Below are positions 20,278 to 31,304 of a stretch of DNA of 64,000 nucleotides, piece after piece (the first letter of the stretch is position 1; each line of letters starts with the position of its first letter). The position numbers and the translations under genes were made by a program. Under the pieces are notes generated by a model. The model ran no database searches. It was given only the letters and a program-made list of their open reading frames with translations, and was not told the DNA's origin. Source of the stretch: Obrimoposthia wandeli (Eukaryota); NCBI GenBank assembly GCA_977020255.1, contig CDROCS010000122.1:62001-126000 (forward strand), in the 5' to 3' direction.

Positions 20278-21858
20278 ATGAATAAGACATTTTCAGTCGC
20301 AGTCATCGCATTGGCTATTGGCGGTGCGCTTGGCTACTTTGCCGCAACAGCGTTCTCTCAACATAATGATGCTCAAGAGACGGCTACATCCAGTGAAAAA
20401 CAACCCTTGTACTGGGTCGCCCCCATGGACCCTAACTATCAGCGTGACAAACCCGGCAAGTCACCAATGGGAATGGACTTGATCCCATTCTACGAAGAAC
20501 AACAAACCGGAGGGAAGAAAGATCCCGCGGGAACAGTTTATATTTCTCCAGCAGTAGAAAATAACTTAGGGGTGAAAACCACCCACGTCGTTAATGAAAA
20601 ATTAACCCCCAAGATAGACACCGTCGGTTACATCGCTTTTGATGAAAGTCAGTTATGGCAAATTAACAGCCGTGTGAGTGGTTGGGTCCAAAAACTGAAT
20701 ATCAATGCCATTGGCGAAAAAGTACAAAAAGGCGATGTGTTATTTACGCTTTATTCACCTGAATTGGTTCGGGCACAAGAAGAATTGCTGAATGCAAAAC
20801 GCATTGGTAAAGCTGTACTCGTACAGGGCGCAAAAGAACGCCTCGCTTCTTTAGGTGTCGACAACAACCAAATAAATGCCGTATTACGCAACAGAAAATC
20901 AGTTAAGAATATTGCAATCAAAGCCCCTGCCGATGGCATTATTACTAGCCTAAACGTGCGAACTGGTGCTTATTTATCGCCAGCACAAAGCGTGATCAGT
21001 GGTGGCTCATTAGACAATATTTGGGTTGATGCCGAAGTATTTGAACGCCAATCTAACTGGATAAAGTCAGGTACAACAGCGGATATGACGCTTGATGCCT
21101 TACCCGGTAAGCATTGGCAAGGTAAGGTCGATTATGTCTACCCGATACTTGATCCTAATACCCGTACTTTACGTGTACGCCTTAAATTCGCCAACGCCAA
21201 TGGCGTACTAAAACCGAACATGTTTGCCAATATAACCTTGATGCCGCAAAGCAATAACAAGGTATTGATTGTACCTAACCAAGCCGTTATTCGTTCTGCG
21301 GGTATGTCGCGTGTGGTATTGGCGTTAGGGGATGGCAAATTCCGTTCAACGCGCGTTGAAACAGGCCGGGAATCAGGCAACCAAATCGAAATTGTTAACG
21401 GGCTTAATCCAAACGATACCATTGTCACGTCTTCACATTTCTTATTAGATTCGGAATCAAGTTTAAGCGCCGATCTTAGTCGAATAAGTAACCGTAACGA
21501 AACCAAAGCCGCCGTTAGCGCACCAATACACGATATGGCTAGTCATTCGACAGAGCAACCGGCAAAGCCGTCGGCAGACAATTCAGCGTGGACAACGGGT
21601 GTTATTCGCAGCGTGATGCTTGATCATAAAATGCTGACCATCCAACACTCCCCTATTCCAGAGTGGCAATGGCCCGCTATGCAAATGGATTTCATGGTGA
21701 AAGACGATGTTGATATGAAACAGTTTGTGGGTGGTCAAAGCATCCGATTTCTGATCGAAAAAACGGCTAAAGGGCAATATGTTGTCGCAGACGTTGATCA
21801 AGCCAATACCGATAACAATACCAATACCAATAATAACAATGTGGAGGTTGCACAATGA
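20278..21858 (+). CDS. cusB: CusB periplasmic adaptor with C-terminal CusF-like domain
   Basis: YWVAPMDP...PGKSPMGMDL, lipoyl-like motifs, terminal HxxIPEWQWPAMQMDF. Confidence 0.92.
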   Translation: MNKTFSVAVIALAIGGALGYFAATAFSQHNDAQETATSSEKQPLYWVAPMDPNYQRDKPGKSPMGMDLIPFYEEQQTGGKKDPAGTVYISPAVENNLGVKTTHVVNEKLTPKIDTVGYIAFDESQLWQINSRVSGWVQKLNINAIGEKVQKGDVLFTLYSPELVRAQEELLNAKRIGKAVLVQGAKERLASLGVDNNQINAVLRNRKSVKNIAIKAPADGIITSLNVRTGAYLSPAQSVISGGSLDNIWVDAEVFERQSNWIKSGTTADMTLDALPGKHWQGKVDYVYPILDPNTRTLRVRLKFANANGVLKPNMFANITLMPQSNNKVLIVPNQAVIRSAGMSRVVLALGDGKFRSTRVETGRESGNQIEIVNGLNPNDTIVTSSHFLLDSESSLSADLSRISNRNETKAAVSAPIHDMASHSTEQPAKPSADNSAWTTGVIRSVMLDHKMLTIQHSPIPEWQWPAMQMDFMVKDDVDMKQFVGGQSIRFLIEKTAKGQYVVADVDQANTDNNTNTNNNNVEVAQ

Positions 21859-24800
21859 TCAGTGCCATCATTCGCTGGTCGGTCAAAAACCGATTCATGG
21901 TACTTGTTGCCACGTTATTTCTGGTTGCTGCCGGTATATACAGCGTTAAAAACACCCCGATAGATGCCATTCCTGATCTCTCTGATGTTCAGGTTATAAT
22001 CAAAACCAGTTACCCAGGACAAGCACCGCAAGTTGTTGAAGACCAAGTCACTTACCCATTAACAACCGCCATGTTGGCTGTGCCAGGTGCTGAAACCGTA
22101 CGGGGATATTCCTTTTTTGGCGATTCCTATGTTTATATCATTTTCAACGATGATACCGACATGTACTGGGCGCGTTCGCGTGTGCTGGAGTACTTAAGCC
22201 AAGTCGCGCCCAAGTTACCGCCTAGCGCAAAACCTACCCTCGGACCCGATGCCACTGGTGTAGGCTGGGTATACAGCTACGTACTGACCGACAAATCTGG
22301 TAAGCATGATTTAAGCGAATTACGCAGCATGCAAGATTGGTTCTTAAAGTATGAGCTGCAAACCGTTGATGGGGTATCAGAAATTGCGACCGTAGGCGGT
22401 ATGGTGAAGCAATATCAAGTGCAGATTGATCCTTCAAAATTACGCGCTTATAACCTGACCTTACAGCAAGTGAATAAAGCGATTCAGGCTGGAAACCAAG
22501 AAGCTGGCGCGTCTGTTATTGAAGTGGCTGAAGCCGAGCATATGGTGCGAGCAACCGGTTACATTTCAAATATCTCTGATCTTAAAAATATACCATTGAA
22601 AGTCACCGACAAAGGCACACCATTACTACTTGGTGATATTGCTGATATTAATCTTGGCCCACAAATGCGCCGAGGTATTTCAGAGTTAAACGGTGAGGGT
22701 GAAGCTGTAGGTGGCATCATTGTGATGCGCTACGGTGAAAATGCCCGTGAAGTGATCCATAACGTTAAAGCAAAACTTGCCGATTTACAGCGCAGTTTGC
22801 CTGACGGCGTTGAAATCGTGCCCACTTATGATCGCTCAGAGCTCATCGATAATGCCGTAGAAAACCTCTATGAGAAATTGATGGAAGAGTTCATTGTCGT
22901 TATCGTAGTTTGCGCCCTGTTCTTATTCCACATTCGTTCGTCACTGGTCATTATGATCAGTATGCCCATTGGCATTTTGGTCGCATTTATCATCATGCAC
23001 TGGCAAGGCATTAATGCCAACATCATGTCACTGGGTGGTATTGCTATTGCCATTGGTGCAATGGTCGATGGCGCAATCGTCATGATAGAAAACGTACATA
23101 AACATATTGAGCGAACACCGTTAACCAATAAAAACCGTTGGCAAGTAATCACCAAAGCGGCTGAAGAAGTCGGTGCACCACTTTTCTTCTCGCTATTAAT
23201 CATTACATTAAGCTTTGTTCCCGTATTTGCCCTTGAAGGTCAAGAAGGCAAGATGTTCTCGCCGTTAGCATTCACTAAAACCTACGCGATGGCCGCTTCT
23301 GCTGGTTTGGCTATTACATTAGTGCCGGTGTTAATGGGGTATTTCATTCGCGGCAATATTTTGCCTGAACATAAAAACCCCGTTAACCGTGCTGTTATCG
23401 GCTTATACCGCCCCTTACTGAACCTTAGCCTGCGCTTTCCAAAAGCAATCATTATCGTTGCTTTTGCTTTAATGGCATCAGCGTATTACCCAATACACAA
23501 AATGGGCAGTGAATTCATTCCACCGTTGGATGAAGGCGATTTAATGTATATGCCAACAACCTACCCGGGTATTTCAATTGGTAAAGCCAGAGAACTGCTG
23601 CAACAAACCGATAAATTGATCAAAACAATTCCAGAAGTCAAAACGGTATGGGGCAAAATTGGTCGCGCTGAAACGGCGACCGATCCGGCACCATTAACCA
23701 TGGTTGAAACCATCATTCAATTTAAGCCTGAAAGCGAATGGCGAGAAGGTGTTACCAAGGCAAGTTTACGTAAAGAACTCGATGCATTGGTGCAGTTTCC
23801 AGGGGTAACAAATGCGTGGGTAATGCCAATTAAAACCCGCATCGATATGCTGGCGACTGGGATTAAGACCCCCATTGGCGTCAAGATTGCGGGGCCAGAC
23901 CTAAAAGTGATTGAAGGTATTGGTGAAGAACTTGAACAAGTACTGCAAGATATTAATGGTACAACCTCAGTATATGCAGAACGTGTCGCGGGTGGGCGTT
24001 ACCTTACTATCGATATTAAACGTCGTGCTGCTGCTCGTTACGGGCTCAACATTCAGGATATCCAACAAGTGATCAGTGCTGCTGTTGGCGGCATAAATGT
24101 CGGAGAAACCATTGAAGGCTTAGAACGTTACCCTATTAATGTGCGCTACCCGCAACAATATCGAGATTCCTTAGATAAATTACAAACCTTACCGCTCGTT
24201 ACCCCCAATGGGGCGCGTATTGCACTGGCAGATGTGGCAGATATACGTTTCGAAGATGGCCCCCCGATGATCAAAACAGAAAATGCACGTCCAAATGGCT
24301 GGGTATTTATCGACATTGAAGGCCGAGACTTGGGTTCGTACGTAAAGGAAGCCCAGCAACGCGTTGCTGAACAACTCAAACTTCCTGCTGGTTATTCACT
24401 TGTTTGGTCAGGGCAATATGAATACATGGAACGCGCCAAAGCCCGCTTAACCACCGTGGTTCCAGCTACCATCGCGATCATAATGGTTTTGCTGTACCTC
24501 AGCTTCCGTCGTGTTGGCGAGGTCATGATTATTATGGGTACATTACCACTCGCAATGGTCGGTGGCCTGTGGCTTATGCATATCCTCAACTACAACTTCT
24601 CTATTGCCGTTGGCGTTGGTTTTATTGCCTTATCCGGTGTTGCCGTTGAAATCGGGGTCATCATGTTGGTTTATCTCAACCAAGCGTGGCACTACAAACA
24701 GCTTCACGTAGAAGAAAACCAACAAACCTTGAGCAAAGCCGACCTCGCGACTGCAATCAAAGAAGGCGCAGGTTTACGGGTTCGCCCTGTAATGATGACT

Positions 24801-24980
24801 GTAGCAACTGTCATTATCGGCCTCATTCCCATCATGTATGGCGATGGTACGGGCTCTGAAGTGATGCAGCGTATCGCAGCACCCATGATCGGTGGCATGG
24901 CATCGGCATTACTGCTTACGCTCGTTGTATTGCCAGCAGTCTTTAAACTCTGGAAAGAAATAAGCCATAAGTTGAAATAA
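21855..24980 (+). CDS. cusA: CusA/SilA heavy-metal RND efflux pump
   Basis: PIDAIPDLSDVQV, GAMVDGAIV, EFIPPLDEG, RVRPVMMT. Confidence 0.96.
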   Translation: MISAIIRWSVKNRFMVLVATLFLVAAGIYSVKNTPIDAIPDLSDVQVIIKTSYPGQAPQVVEDQVTYPLTTAMLAVPGAETVRGYSFFGDSYVYIIFNDDTDMYWARSRVLEYLSQVAPKLPPSAKPTLGPDATGVGWVYSYVLTDKSGKHDLSELRSMQDWFLKYELQTVDGVSEIATVGGMVKQYQVQIDPSKLRAYNLTLQQVNKAIQAGNQEAGASVIEVAEAEHMVRATGYISNISDLKNIPLKVTDKGTPLLLGDIADINLGPQMRRGISELNGEGEAVGGIIVMRYGENAREVIHNVKAKLADLQRSLPDGVEIVPTYDRSELIDNAVENLYEKLMEEFIVVIVVCALFLFHIRSSLVIMISMPIGILVAFIIMHWQGINANIMSLGGIAIAIGAMVDGAIVMIENVHKHIERTPLTNKNRWQVITKAAEEVGAPLFFSLLIITLSFVPVFALEGQEGKMFSPLAFTKTYAMAASAGLAITLVPVLMGYFIRGNILPEHKNPVNRAVIGLYRPLLNLSLRFPKAIIIVAFALMASAYYPIHKMGSEFIPPLDEGDLMYMPTTYPGISIGKARELLQQTDKLIKTIPEVKTVWGKIGRAETATDPAPLTMVETIIQFKPESEWREGVTKASLRKELDALVQFPGVTNAWVMPIKTRIDMLATGIKTPIGVKIAGPDLKVIEGIGEELEQVLQDINGTTSVYAERVAGGRYLTIDIKRRAAARYGLNIQDIQQVISAAVGGINVGETIEGLERYPINVRYPQQYRDSLDKLQTLPLVTPNGARIALADVADIRFEDGPPMIKTENARPNGWVFIDIEGRDLGSYVKEAQQRVAEQLKLPAGYSLVWSGQYEYMERAKARLTTVVPATIAIIMVLLYLSFRRVGEVMIIMGTLPLAMVGGLWLMHILNYNFSIAVGVGFIALSGVAVEIGVIMLVYLNQAWHYKQLHVEENQQTLSKADLATAIKEGAGLRVRPVMMTVATVIIGLIPIMYGDGTGSEVMQRIAAPMIGGMASALLLTLVVLPAVFKLWKEISHKLK

Positions 24981-25112
24981 TGTCGCTATTTATCTCGCTA
25001 ACTAACGAAGTAAGTAACTCACAAATTAGGCCATTCACAAAGTAATTAAAAAGGCTGTGTTAATTAGCTCTCAAGTAGCACAGCCAATAACTAAAATAAA
25101 AAGGAATTAATA

Positions 25113-25669
25113 ATGAAAATATCTACATTACTCGCCCTGACTTTAGCTCTTTCTTCTACCACCGCTTTCGCATCGGGTGATCACGCTGATATGAACCACG
25201 ATAGTATGGACATGAGCAACATGCCCGATATGGATCATAGCAAGATGAATCTGGCATGGATCCTGACCAAAATGGAACACACGGCCCATGATGTCTGCAG
25301 GTGGTATGCCCAGTTCAAGGCAGCCGAGACTGATTCAAAGTCAACCTAAGCGATGATATGAGGCTAAATTTTGAGCCGTCATTGAACCTTAAACAAGGTG
25401 ATATTGTGCGTTTTGTTATCATCAATAATGGTCAAATACCGCATGAATTTTCAATTGGCAGTATTGATGAACAAAAAAAGCACCGCGACATGATGCGATC
25501 AATGCCGAATATGGAACACAGCGATGGCAGCACGATCAGTTTAAAAGCAGGAGAGAAAGGCGAGATTACGTGGCATTTCATGGGGCAGCCTTTTGTTGAA
25601 ATGGCATGCAATATTCCCGGTCATGCAGAAGCTGGAATGAAAATGAATGTCGTCTTAGCGGCAAAATAA
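25113..25669 (+). pseudogene. Frameshifted CopI-like periplasmic cupredoxin
   Basis: Signal peptide plus His/Met-rich N-terminus in one frame, middle segment in a second, HEF...ACNIPGHAEAGM domain in a third; shifts near 25290 and 25337-25339. Confidence 0.82.
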
Positions 25670-25841
25670 ATGACGACTTCTCGTTTGTAATAACTGGTTT
25701 GTAAAATTTGGCGCATCAACTTGGTGCGTTTTTTCTCATGAACAGTTAATCAATAATAATTAAAAAGCGGCATTACCGATCAATCCATAGATTGACCGAT
25801 AACACCGCTTTTTTAATAACTAAAGAATCAAGTTGTTAAGT

Positions 25842-26330
25842 TTACACACCAGCACGCTTCAACAGGCCATTCATTAATGATGAACTTGCTTTCACTTGCT
25901 TAGATTTATTCTTTAATTCACGCACCAATGCGACATCATGGATATCGTTCGCAATATAGATCATTGACTTATACATATCACGCGGAGTCTTAATGCGTGC
26001 TGTGTCATTAAGTGGTGCGATAATTTTAATGACATCGCCACCTGTTTTTTTATTCTCATTAGCATACTTTAGAATTGAATCGAACAACTTGTCCAAATCA
26101 ATCATAAAATCAGAGTTTTCTACACCCTGCTTCTTAATCTCTTTCTGGTTTCTCTTTCTTACTCGGTTGATAACAAATGCAGGCGTGTTAAGTTTCTTAT
26201 AAGCGATGAAACCTGCAAGAATGAGTAAGGCAACACCACCCGCTACATAACCCCAGATAGAACCTGACGACTCAACAACTGGTTGAATCACCTCGGCAGT
26301 ATTTGTAACAGACACTGGTACATCAGACAT
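25842..26330 (-). CDS. Hypothetical single-TM membrane protein
   Basis: One TM helix followed by a basic soluble domain; followed by a bidirectional hairpin at 25760-25815. Confidence 0.7.
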   Translation of the reverse strand: MSDVPVSVTNTAEVIQPVVESSGSIWGYVAGGVALLILAGFIAYKKLNTPAFVINRVRKRNQKEIKKQGVENSDFMIDLDKLFDSILKYANENKKTGGDVIKIIAPLNDTARIKTPRDMYKSMIYIANDIHDVALVRELKNKSKQVKASSSLMNGLLKRAGV

Positions 26331-26607
26331 ATTTATGACCTTTAACTAGAATAATACGGAACATCACAGACATTATGCATTTAGTTCCAACAGGACTATG
26401 CGTTTTATCAACATTTAAGTTGAATAGAGTGACAGAGATCTAAGGTTTGACAATTTATTACGCATATTCAGCAATAATATCCCCCATCACTGCTGCAATG
26501 CATCCGACATACAGATTACTACAGGCATATTTCATGGCTAAATATGCAGATAATGGAAACCCGATAAAGTAGTGCTACTCTTTCATTATAGTGGTTATTC
26601 ACTTACT

Positions 26608-27897
26608 TTATTCTTTCAACAATCTTCCACTTTTATTGTACACGGTCGAGGTTTTTACAGGAGAAGAGATATACCTTTCTTTCGCAGCTAACAATGCAAA
26701 AAAACTCCACACCACACTGAGTCCAGCACAGATACTCAACGGTAATATCCAATTCCCTACTGATTCGTGCAACGCCCCCATTGCAATAGGTCCTGACGCC
26801 GCCAACAGATAACCACAGCATTGTGCCATACCTGATAGTGCCGCTGCTTGATGTGCATTTTGCGTGCGCAAACTGACGAATGCGAGCGCAAGAATAAAAC
26901 CACCACCCGCTCCCACACCAACTAACATTGCCCAAAGCATGGCAAGCGAAGGTATGGTGATCAATCCAACAATGCCGATGAAAACCAGTAAGGTCATGCA
27001 TACAGTCAACGCACGTTTGTCGTGAATTTTAGCCATCAAAGGGATCAAAATAATCGCCGGTACAGCCGTTGCCAATTGAAGCATGCCGTGGATAAATCCT
27101 GCTTCTTGGTGGCTATAACCATAGTCGATCAAAATAACGGGTAACCAACTGATAAAGATATACATCAGCAGCGAGTTCAACGCTAAGAAAATAGTAATAT
27201 GCCAAGCACTGGTTGAACGCCAAAGGTAGCTATGGCTATCAATCTCTGCTGTATCTGCTGTTGGGGCGCTGTGTTTTTTTAACTGTGGTAGCCAAAGCCC
27301 AATCGCAATCACTGGAAAAATAACAATTCCCCCCAAAGATAGTGACCAATCAGGGATGACAGTAATAGATAATGCATCTGCCATATTCATCACTGGAATC
27401 GCCAAACTCGCACTTAACGTTGAACCAACCCCCATCATCAATACATAAACAGCTGTAATCGTCGCCACCTTATTGGGGAAATCACGCTTCAATAAACTGG
27501 GCAGTAAAACATTCGCGATAGCAATACCGGCACCAATAATCACAGTGCCAATAAACAGCCAACTTGCAGAGCCCAACGATCTGACAATAATGCCCGTCAG
27601 TATTAACACCAGTGCAGCCATCAATGATTGTTCAAGCCCACGATTACGCCCCAGAATTGACGCAATAGGAGAGAAAAAAGCAAACGCTAACAATGGCAAG
27701 GTGGTTAACATACCAGCTTGCATTGCAGATAAATGTAACTGTTCGCGAATCACGTCTAGCAAAGGGCCAACACCCGTAATAGGGCTGCGTAAGTTAATTG
27801 ATATCAGTAAAATGCCCACAATAAGCAGAAAAGGTGTCGATGCTTTTGGGGACGTTGGTAATATTGGAGGCGTTGAAGATAAAAGCGGTTGTGGCAT
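26608..27897 (-). CDS. nimT: MFS transporter, CynX/NimT (YeaN) family
   Basis: NLRSPITGVGPLL, NVLLPSLLKRDFP, LSGMAQCCGYLLAASGP; divergent AraC gene. Confidence 0.8.
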   Translation of the reverse strand: MPQPLLSSTPPILPTSPKASTPFLLIVGILLISINLRSPITGVGPLLDVIREQLHLSAMQAGMLTTLPLLAFAFFSPIASILGRNRGLEQSLMAALVLILTGIIVRSLGSASWLFIGTVIIGAGIAIANVLLPSLLKRDFPNKVATITAVYVLMMGVGSTLSASLAIPVMNMADALSITVIPDWSLSLGGIVIFPVIAIGLWLPQLKKHSAPTADTAEIDSHSYLWRSTSAWHITIFLALNSLLMYIFISWLPVILIDYGYSHQEAGFIHGMLQLATAVPAIILIPLMAKIHDKRALTVCMTLLVFIGIVGLITIPSLAMLWAMLVGVGAGGGFILALAFVSLRTQNAHQAAALSGMAQCCGYLLAASGPIAMGALHESVGNWILPLSICAGLSVVWSFFALLAAKERYISSPVKTSTVYNKSGRLLKE

Positions 27898-27995
27898 AAA
27901 AATGCTCCTGTTATTCACAATAGCACTAGATTACTCTTCATTTTCTTTACCGTATTGGGCTATATTGACAATATATATCTATAAACAGTCATTAT

Positions 27996-28784
27996 ATGTT
28001 ACCTTTTCAGCCTTACTTTCCCGAATTCGACTCTGACGAGTACCCTCAAAAAGTTGTTGCTTTGCAACTTACCGGAGGTGAAAAAGAAGCCGAAACACCG
28101 TTTCATCAACACCGAAAATGTCAGATCGTGATCCCCTTAACAGGCTTCGTGAAATGCAAAATAGCAGATGCTATTTGGATGGTGCCCCCACATTGTGCAG
28201 TGTGGATCCCAAGCCACGTACCACATAGCAACAAGATCTCGGCTGACGCGAATGTCTGTATGCTTTTTATCGATCCTGATGCGATTGTTATGCCAGATCA
28301 GAGCTGCACGATTTCCATCTCACCATTGGTTCGAGAATTAATCGTTCACCTCACGATACAAGATCAACATTACTTACCCACCAGCCAAACGGCACGACTA
28401 GTGAATGTATTGATCGAGCAATTAACCACGATGCCGACAGAGCACTTTGATTTTCCTATTCCAGTCGAGCCAAGGCTGAATGCGATCGCTTTAAGATTAC
28501 TTGCTGATCCATCAGATCGACGAACGGTCAGTGAATGGGCTGAACAATTTGCAATGAGTGAACGTACCTTGGCACGCCTAGTCAAACAAGAAATTGGGTT
28601 AACGTTTGGAAAATGGCGCGGACAACTGCATATCGTAGTAGCACTACAAAAACTAGCGTCAGGCGATTCAGTACAGCGGATTGCAGATCACTTGGGATAT
28701 GAATCGGTTAGTGCGTTTATTACGTTCTTTAAGAAAACCCTCGGACGCCCTCCAAAACAATATATGAAAGGGCGTGAGGCATAG
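27996..28784 (+). CDS. nimR: AraC-family regulator, NimR (YeaM)-like
   Basis: Cupin (HQH, AIWMVP, VPHS) plus AraC HTH (LGYESVSAFITFFKK). Confidence 0.8.
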   Translation: MLPFQPYFPEFDSDEYPQKVVALQLTGGEKEAETPFHQHRKCQIVIPLTGFVKCKIADAIWMVPPHCAVWIPSHVPHSNKISADANVCMLFIDPDAIVMPDQSCTISISPLVRELIVHLTIQDQHYLPTSQTARLVNVLIEQLTTMPTEHFDFPIPVEPRLNAIALRLLADPSDRRTVSEWAEQFAMSERTLARLVKQEIGLTFGKWRGQLHIVVALQKLASGDSVQRIADHLGYESVSAFITFFKKTLGRPPKQYMKGREA

Positions 28785-28862
28785 TTACTAACTAAAAATA
28801 AAGTCGCTAGTTCCTCTCAGAATATAGCGACTTTATTGTATTTAAGTTAAACGCGTATTGGC

Positions 28863-30893
28863 TTAACCTTTAGATTTGATCCAATTATCAATACTTGTCT
28901 CTACCACTTCCATGGGTTGATCACCGTATTTAAGCAGCTGATCATGAAACTCTGCCCAGTCGAAGTCATTACCCAATTCAGACTGTGCTTTCTCCAGCAT
29001 TTCCTTGATCACCAAATAGCCAGATTTATACGAAACGGCCTGACCAACATACGCAGCATAACGGAAACTTTCCGATTCGATATCACCATCACCCAACGCA
29101 GAGTTACTACGCATATACACACGTGCCTCATCAATACTCCACCCTTTGGCATGAATACCAGTATCGACAGCCAAGCGCATATTTCGGAGTTGGGCTTCAT
29201 TCAAGCTACCAAAATATTGTAAGGCATTACACTCTTCGGCATCTTGATAAATCCCACCTTGGAATTCACCATAATTCAGATCCACTTTACACATACCGGT
29301 CGCATTAACAAAAGTTGGTTTACCCGCTTCATTCAACTCACCATATATACCCATTTCCATACCCAGCCATTCGGTATATAACGCCCACCCCTCGGCATAG
29401 GCGGTATACCAAACATTCTCAATATATTCCGGCTTATTGGCTGGTGGGTATTCAATAGAATAGGCATTTTGGAAGTGGTGACCCGGTGCTGCTTCATGCA
29501 ACAACAAAGTAGAGACATTCCACTTTTGCAGGCTGTAATCAGGATTGGTATTTAGGTTAAACTCATTGCCACCGTAAGAGCCCACCCCGTCATACAACTC
29601 ACGACTTGCAGGAACTGGTACAATGCTGTAATCAGTTTCAATTGGCTTAAAGTACTTAGCTACAACATCGTTAGCATCATTTTTAAATTTGTAGTAATCG
29701 AGCAATGCTGCCTCACAGGCAGATGGTACTGATGCAGATATACAGGCTTGCGCATACGGCGTACCCGTAATAGTCCGGTTATCTCGGCCATAGAAGAAAG
29801 TTTCACTATTCAGATAAGCAAAAAACTCAGAAAGATCAATATTGCCATTATCGTCCGCTAACGTGAACGTTCTATTTTGAACATTGTCGTCAGTATCTCG
29901 CCACTCGGCAGACACCGTTTTTCCGCGTTTCTCAACAATCAGTTTGGCGACTCGCTCCATCTCAGCTTTTGCATCTGCTACCAAATCTTCACCCAACTGG
30001 CTGAGCTCCATTGCTGGTTTACCCGTAGTACTGTTGCGATCCAGTTGCCACTGATACCATGCCTGCCCATTAGGTAAATCGCCCCAACCGATGTTTTTGT
30101 CGGCTGTAGAGCCGCTATCACTACCACTACCACGAGCGGTACTTATATAACTGGCGCTGCCTAGGTATTCTACCAATTTGTCTGTTGCCGTAGTCGCATC
30201 ATCCACTGCCCGTTGGTATTCAGCAATAAAAGCTGGCTCATAATCACGACTGTGACTATTGATGTCATTCAGACCGATTTTTAGTAAGGCAGATGCGCCT
30301 TTTGTACTCTCGACCAAGCGTTCAATCAGCACTTTAGGCAACTGTGAGCGCTCAACTTGACCCATTGAATACTGAGAATGTAAATTGTTAACCCAAGCTG
30401 TAAATTCACGAACAACCTGAACATGGCTTTTATAGGTTTCAACATCTTTTTGCTTAGCACCCGCCGTTTCTGCATTCCACTCAATATAGTTATAAAAATG
30501 GGTGATCGGAATCGTGAAATTACCAAAACGGGTATTAGGCAACGACGCTCCACGAATATCGATGTTTCGGTCAAAACGGAACGTGTCGTAATAAATTTTA
30601 TCTTCATCTGATAATGCACTGCGATCGAGCGCTTCAAGTTTATCTAGGTATAGCCTATCTACTGACTGTCGCGAAGAAGCCATCTGATCGGTTATCTGAC
30701 CAAACGTCGTATTATCGAGTATATCCATCGCCTCTTGGTAACCAGAAAATACGCCCCTCATATCAACAGCAACATCTGGTGTTAGTTTGGGCTGCTCAAT
30801 AATGTTGGTTTCGTCGTTACAACCTGCGAGCGTAGTTAACGCTAATATCGCCAGCGACAAAGAAGACAGGCGCATAGTTCCACTATGTTTCAT
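28863..30893 (-). CDS. DUF885 family lipoprotein (putative zinc metallopeptidase)
   Basis: Lipobox LAGC, HEAAPGHH, EGWALY, LVVDTG-like RLAVDTGIH, GQAVSYKSG. Confidence 0.88.
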   Translation of the reverse strand: MKHSGTMRLSSLSLAILALTTLAGCNDETNIIEQPKLTPDVAVDMRGVFSGYQEAMDILDNTTFGQITDQMASSRQSVDRLYLDKLEALDRSALSDEDKIYYDTFRFDRNIDIRGASLPNTRFGNFTIPITHFYNYIEWNAETAGAKQKDVETYKSHVQVVREFTAWVNNLHSQYSMGQVERSQLPKVLIERLVESTKGASALLKIGLNDINSHSRDYEPAFIAEYQRAVDDATTATDKLVEYLGSASYISTARGSGSDSGSTADKNIGWGDLPNGQAWYQWQLDRNSTTGKPAMELSQLGEDLVADAKAEMERVAKLIVEKRGKTVSAEWRDTDDNVQNRTFTLADDNGNIDLSEFFAYLNSETFFYGRDNRTITGTPYAQACISASVPSACEAALLDYYKFKNDANDVVAKYFKPIETDYSIVPVPASRELYDGVGSYGGNEFNLNTNPDYSLQKWNVSTLLLHEAAPGHHFQNAYSIEYPPANKPEYIENVWYTAYAEGWALYTEWLGMEMGIYGELNEAGKPTFVNATGMCKVDLNYGEFQGGIYQDAEECNALQYFGSLNEAQLRNMRLAVDTGIHAKGWSIDEARVYMRSNSALGDGDIESESFRYAAYVGQAVSYKSGYLVIKEMLEKAQSELGNDFDWAEFHDQLLKYGDQPMEVVETSIDNWIKSKG

Positions 30894-31304
30894 TGTGTAT
30901 TCCTTTTTATTTTTATAACCGTATCTCATTGATGAGTAATGCAATTCATCGGCAAGGCTAAAGGAATACATATATTGATATTGTGAAAGCATTCACGCTA
31001 TGACATGTCGACTTTTTATTCAACTACACGCTTATTCCTATTTATGTACTTTTATTCAATGCGCTAATAAGAAGGGCTGATAGAGCGATCACTTAATTGC
31101 ATTAATACAAAGGGCTGGTGCATATATAAAAATGAAGTCGAGCGAAGTAAAAAACCAAATTTTGAGTGGAGATCAAACTTATTGAATCAAATGTGAACTC
31201 AGTACAGATATTATTTCAATAAATCGAATAAAGCTGAGAAACCACAAATAGCAGGTAAAAAAAATGGCTTCCGAAGAAGCCACTATATTATCTAGTTATG
31301 ACGA

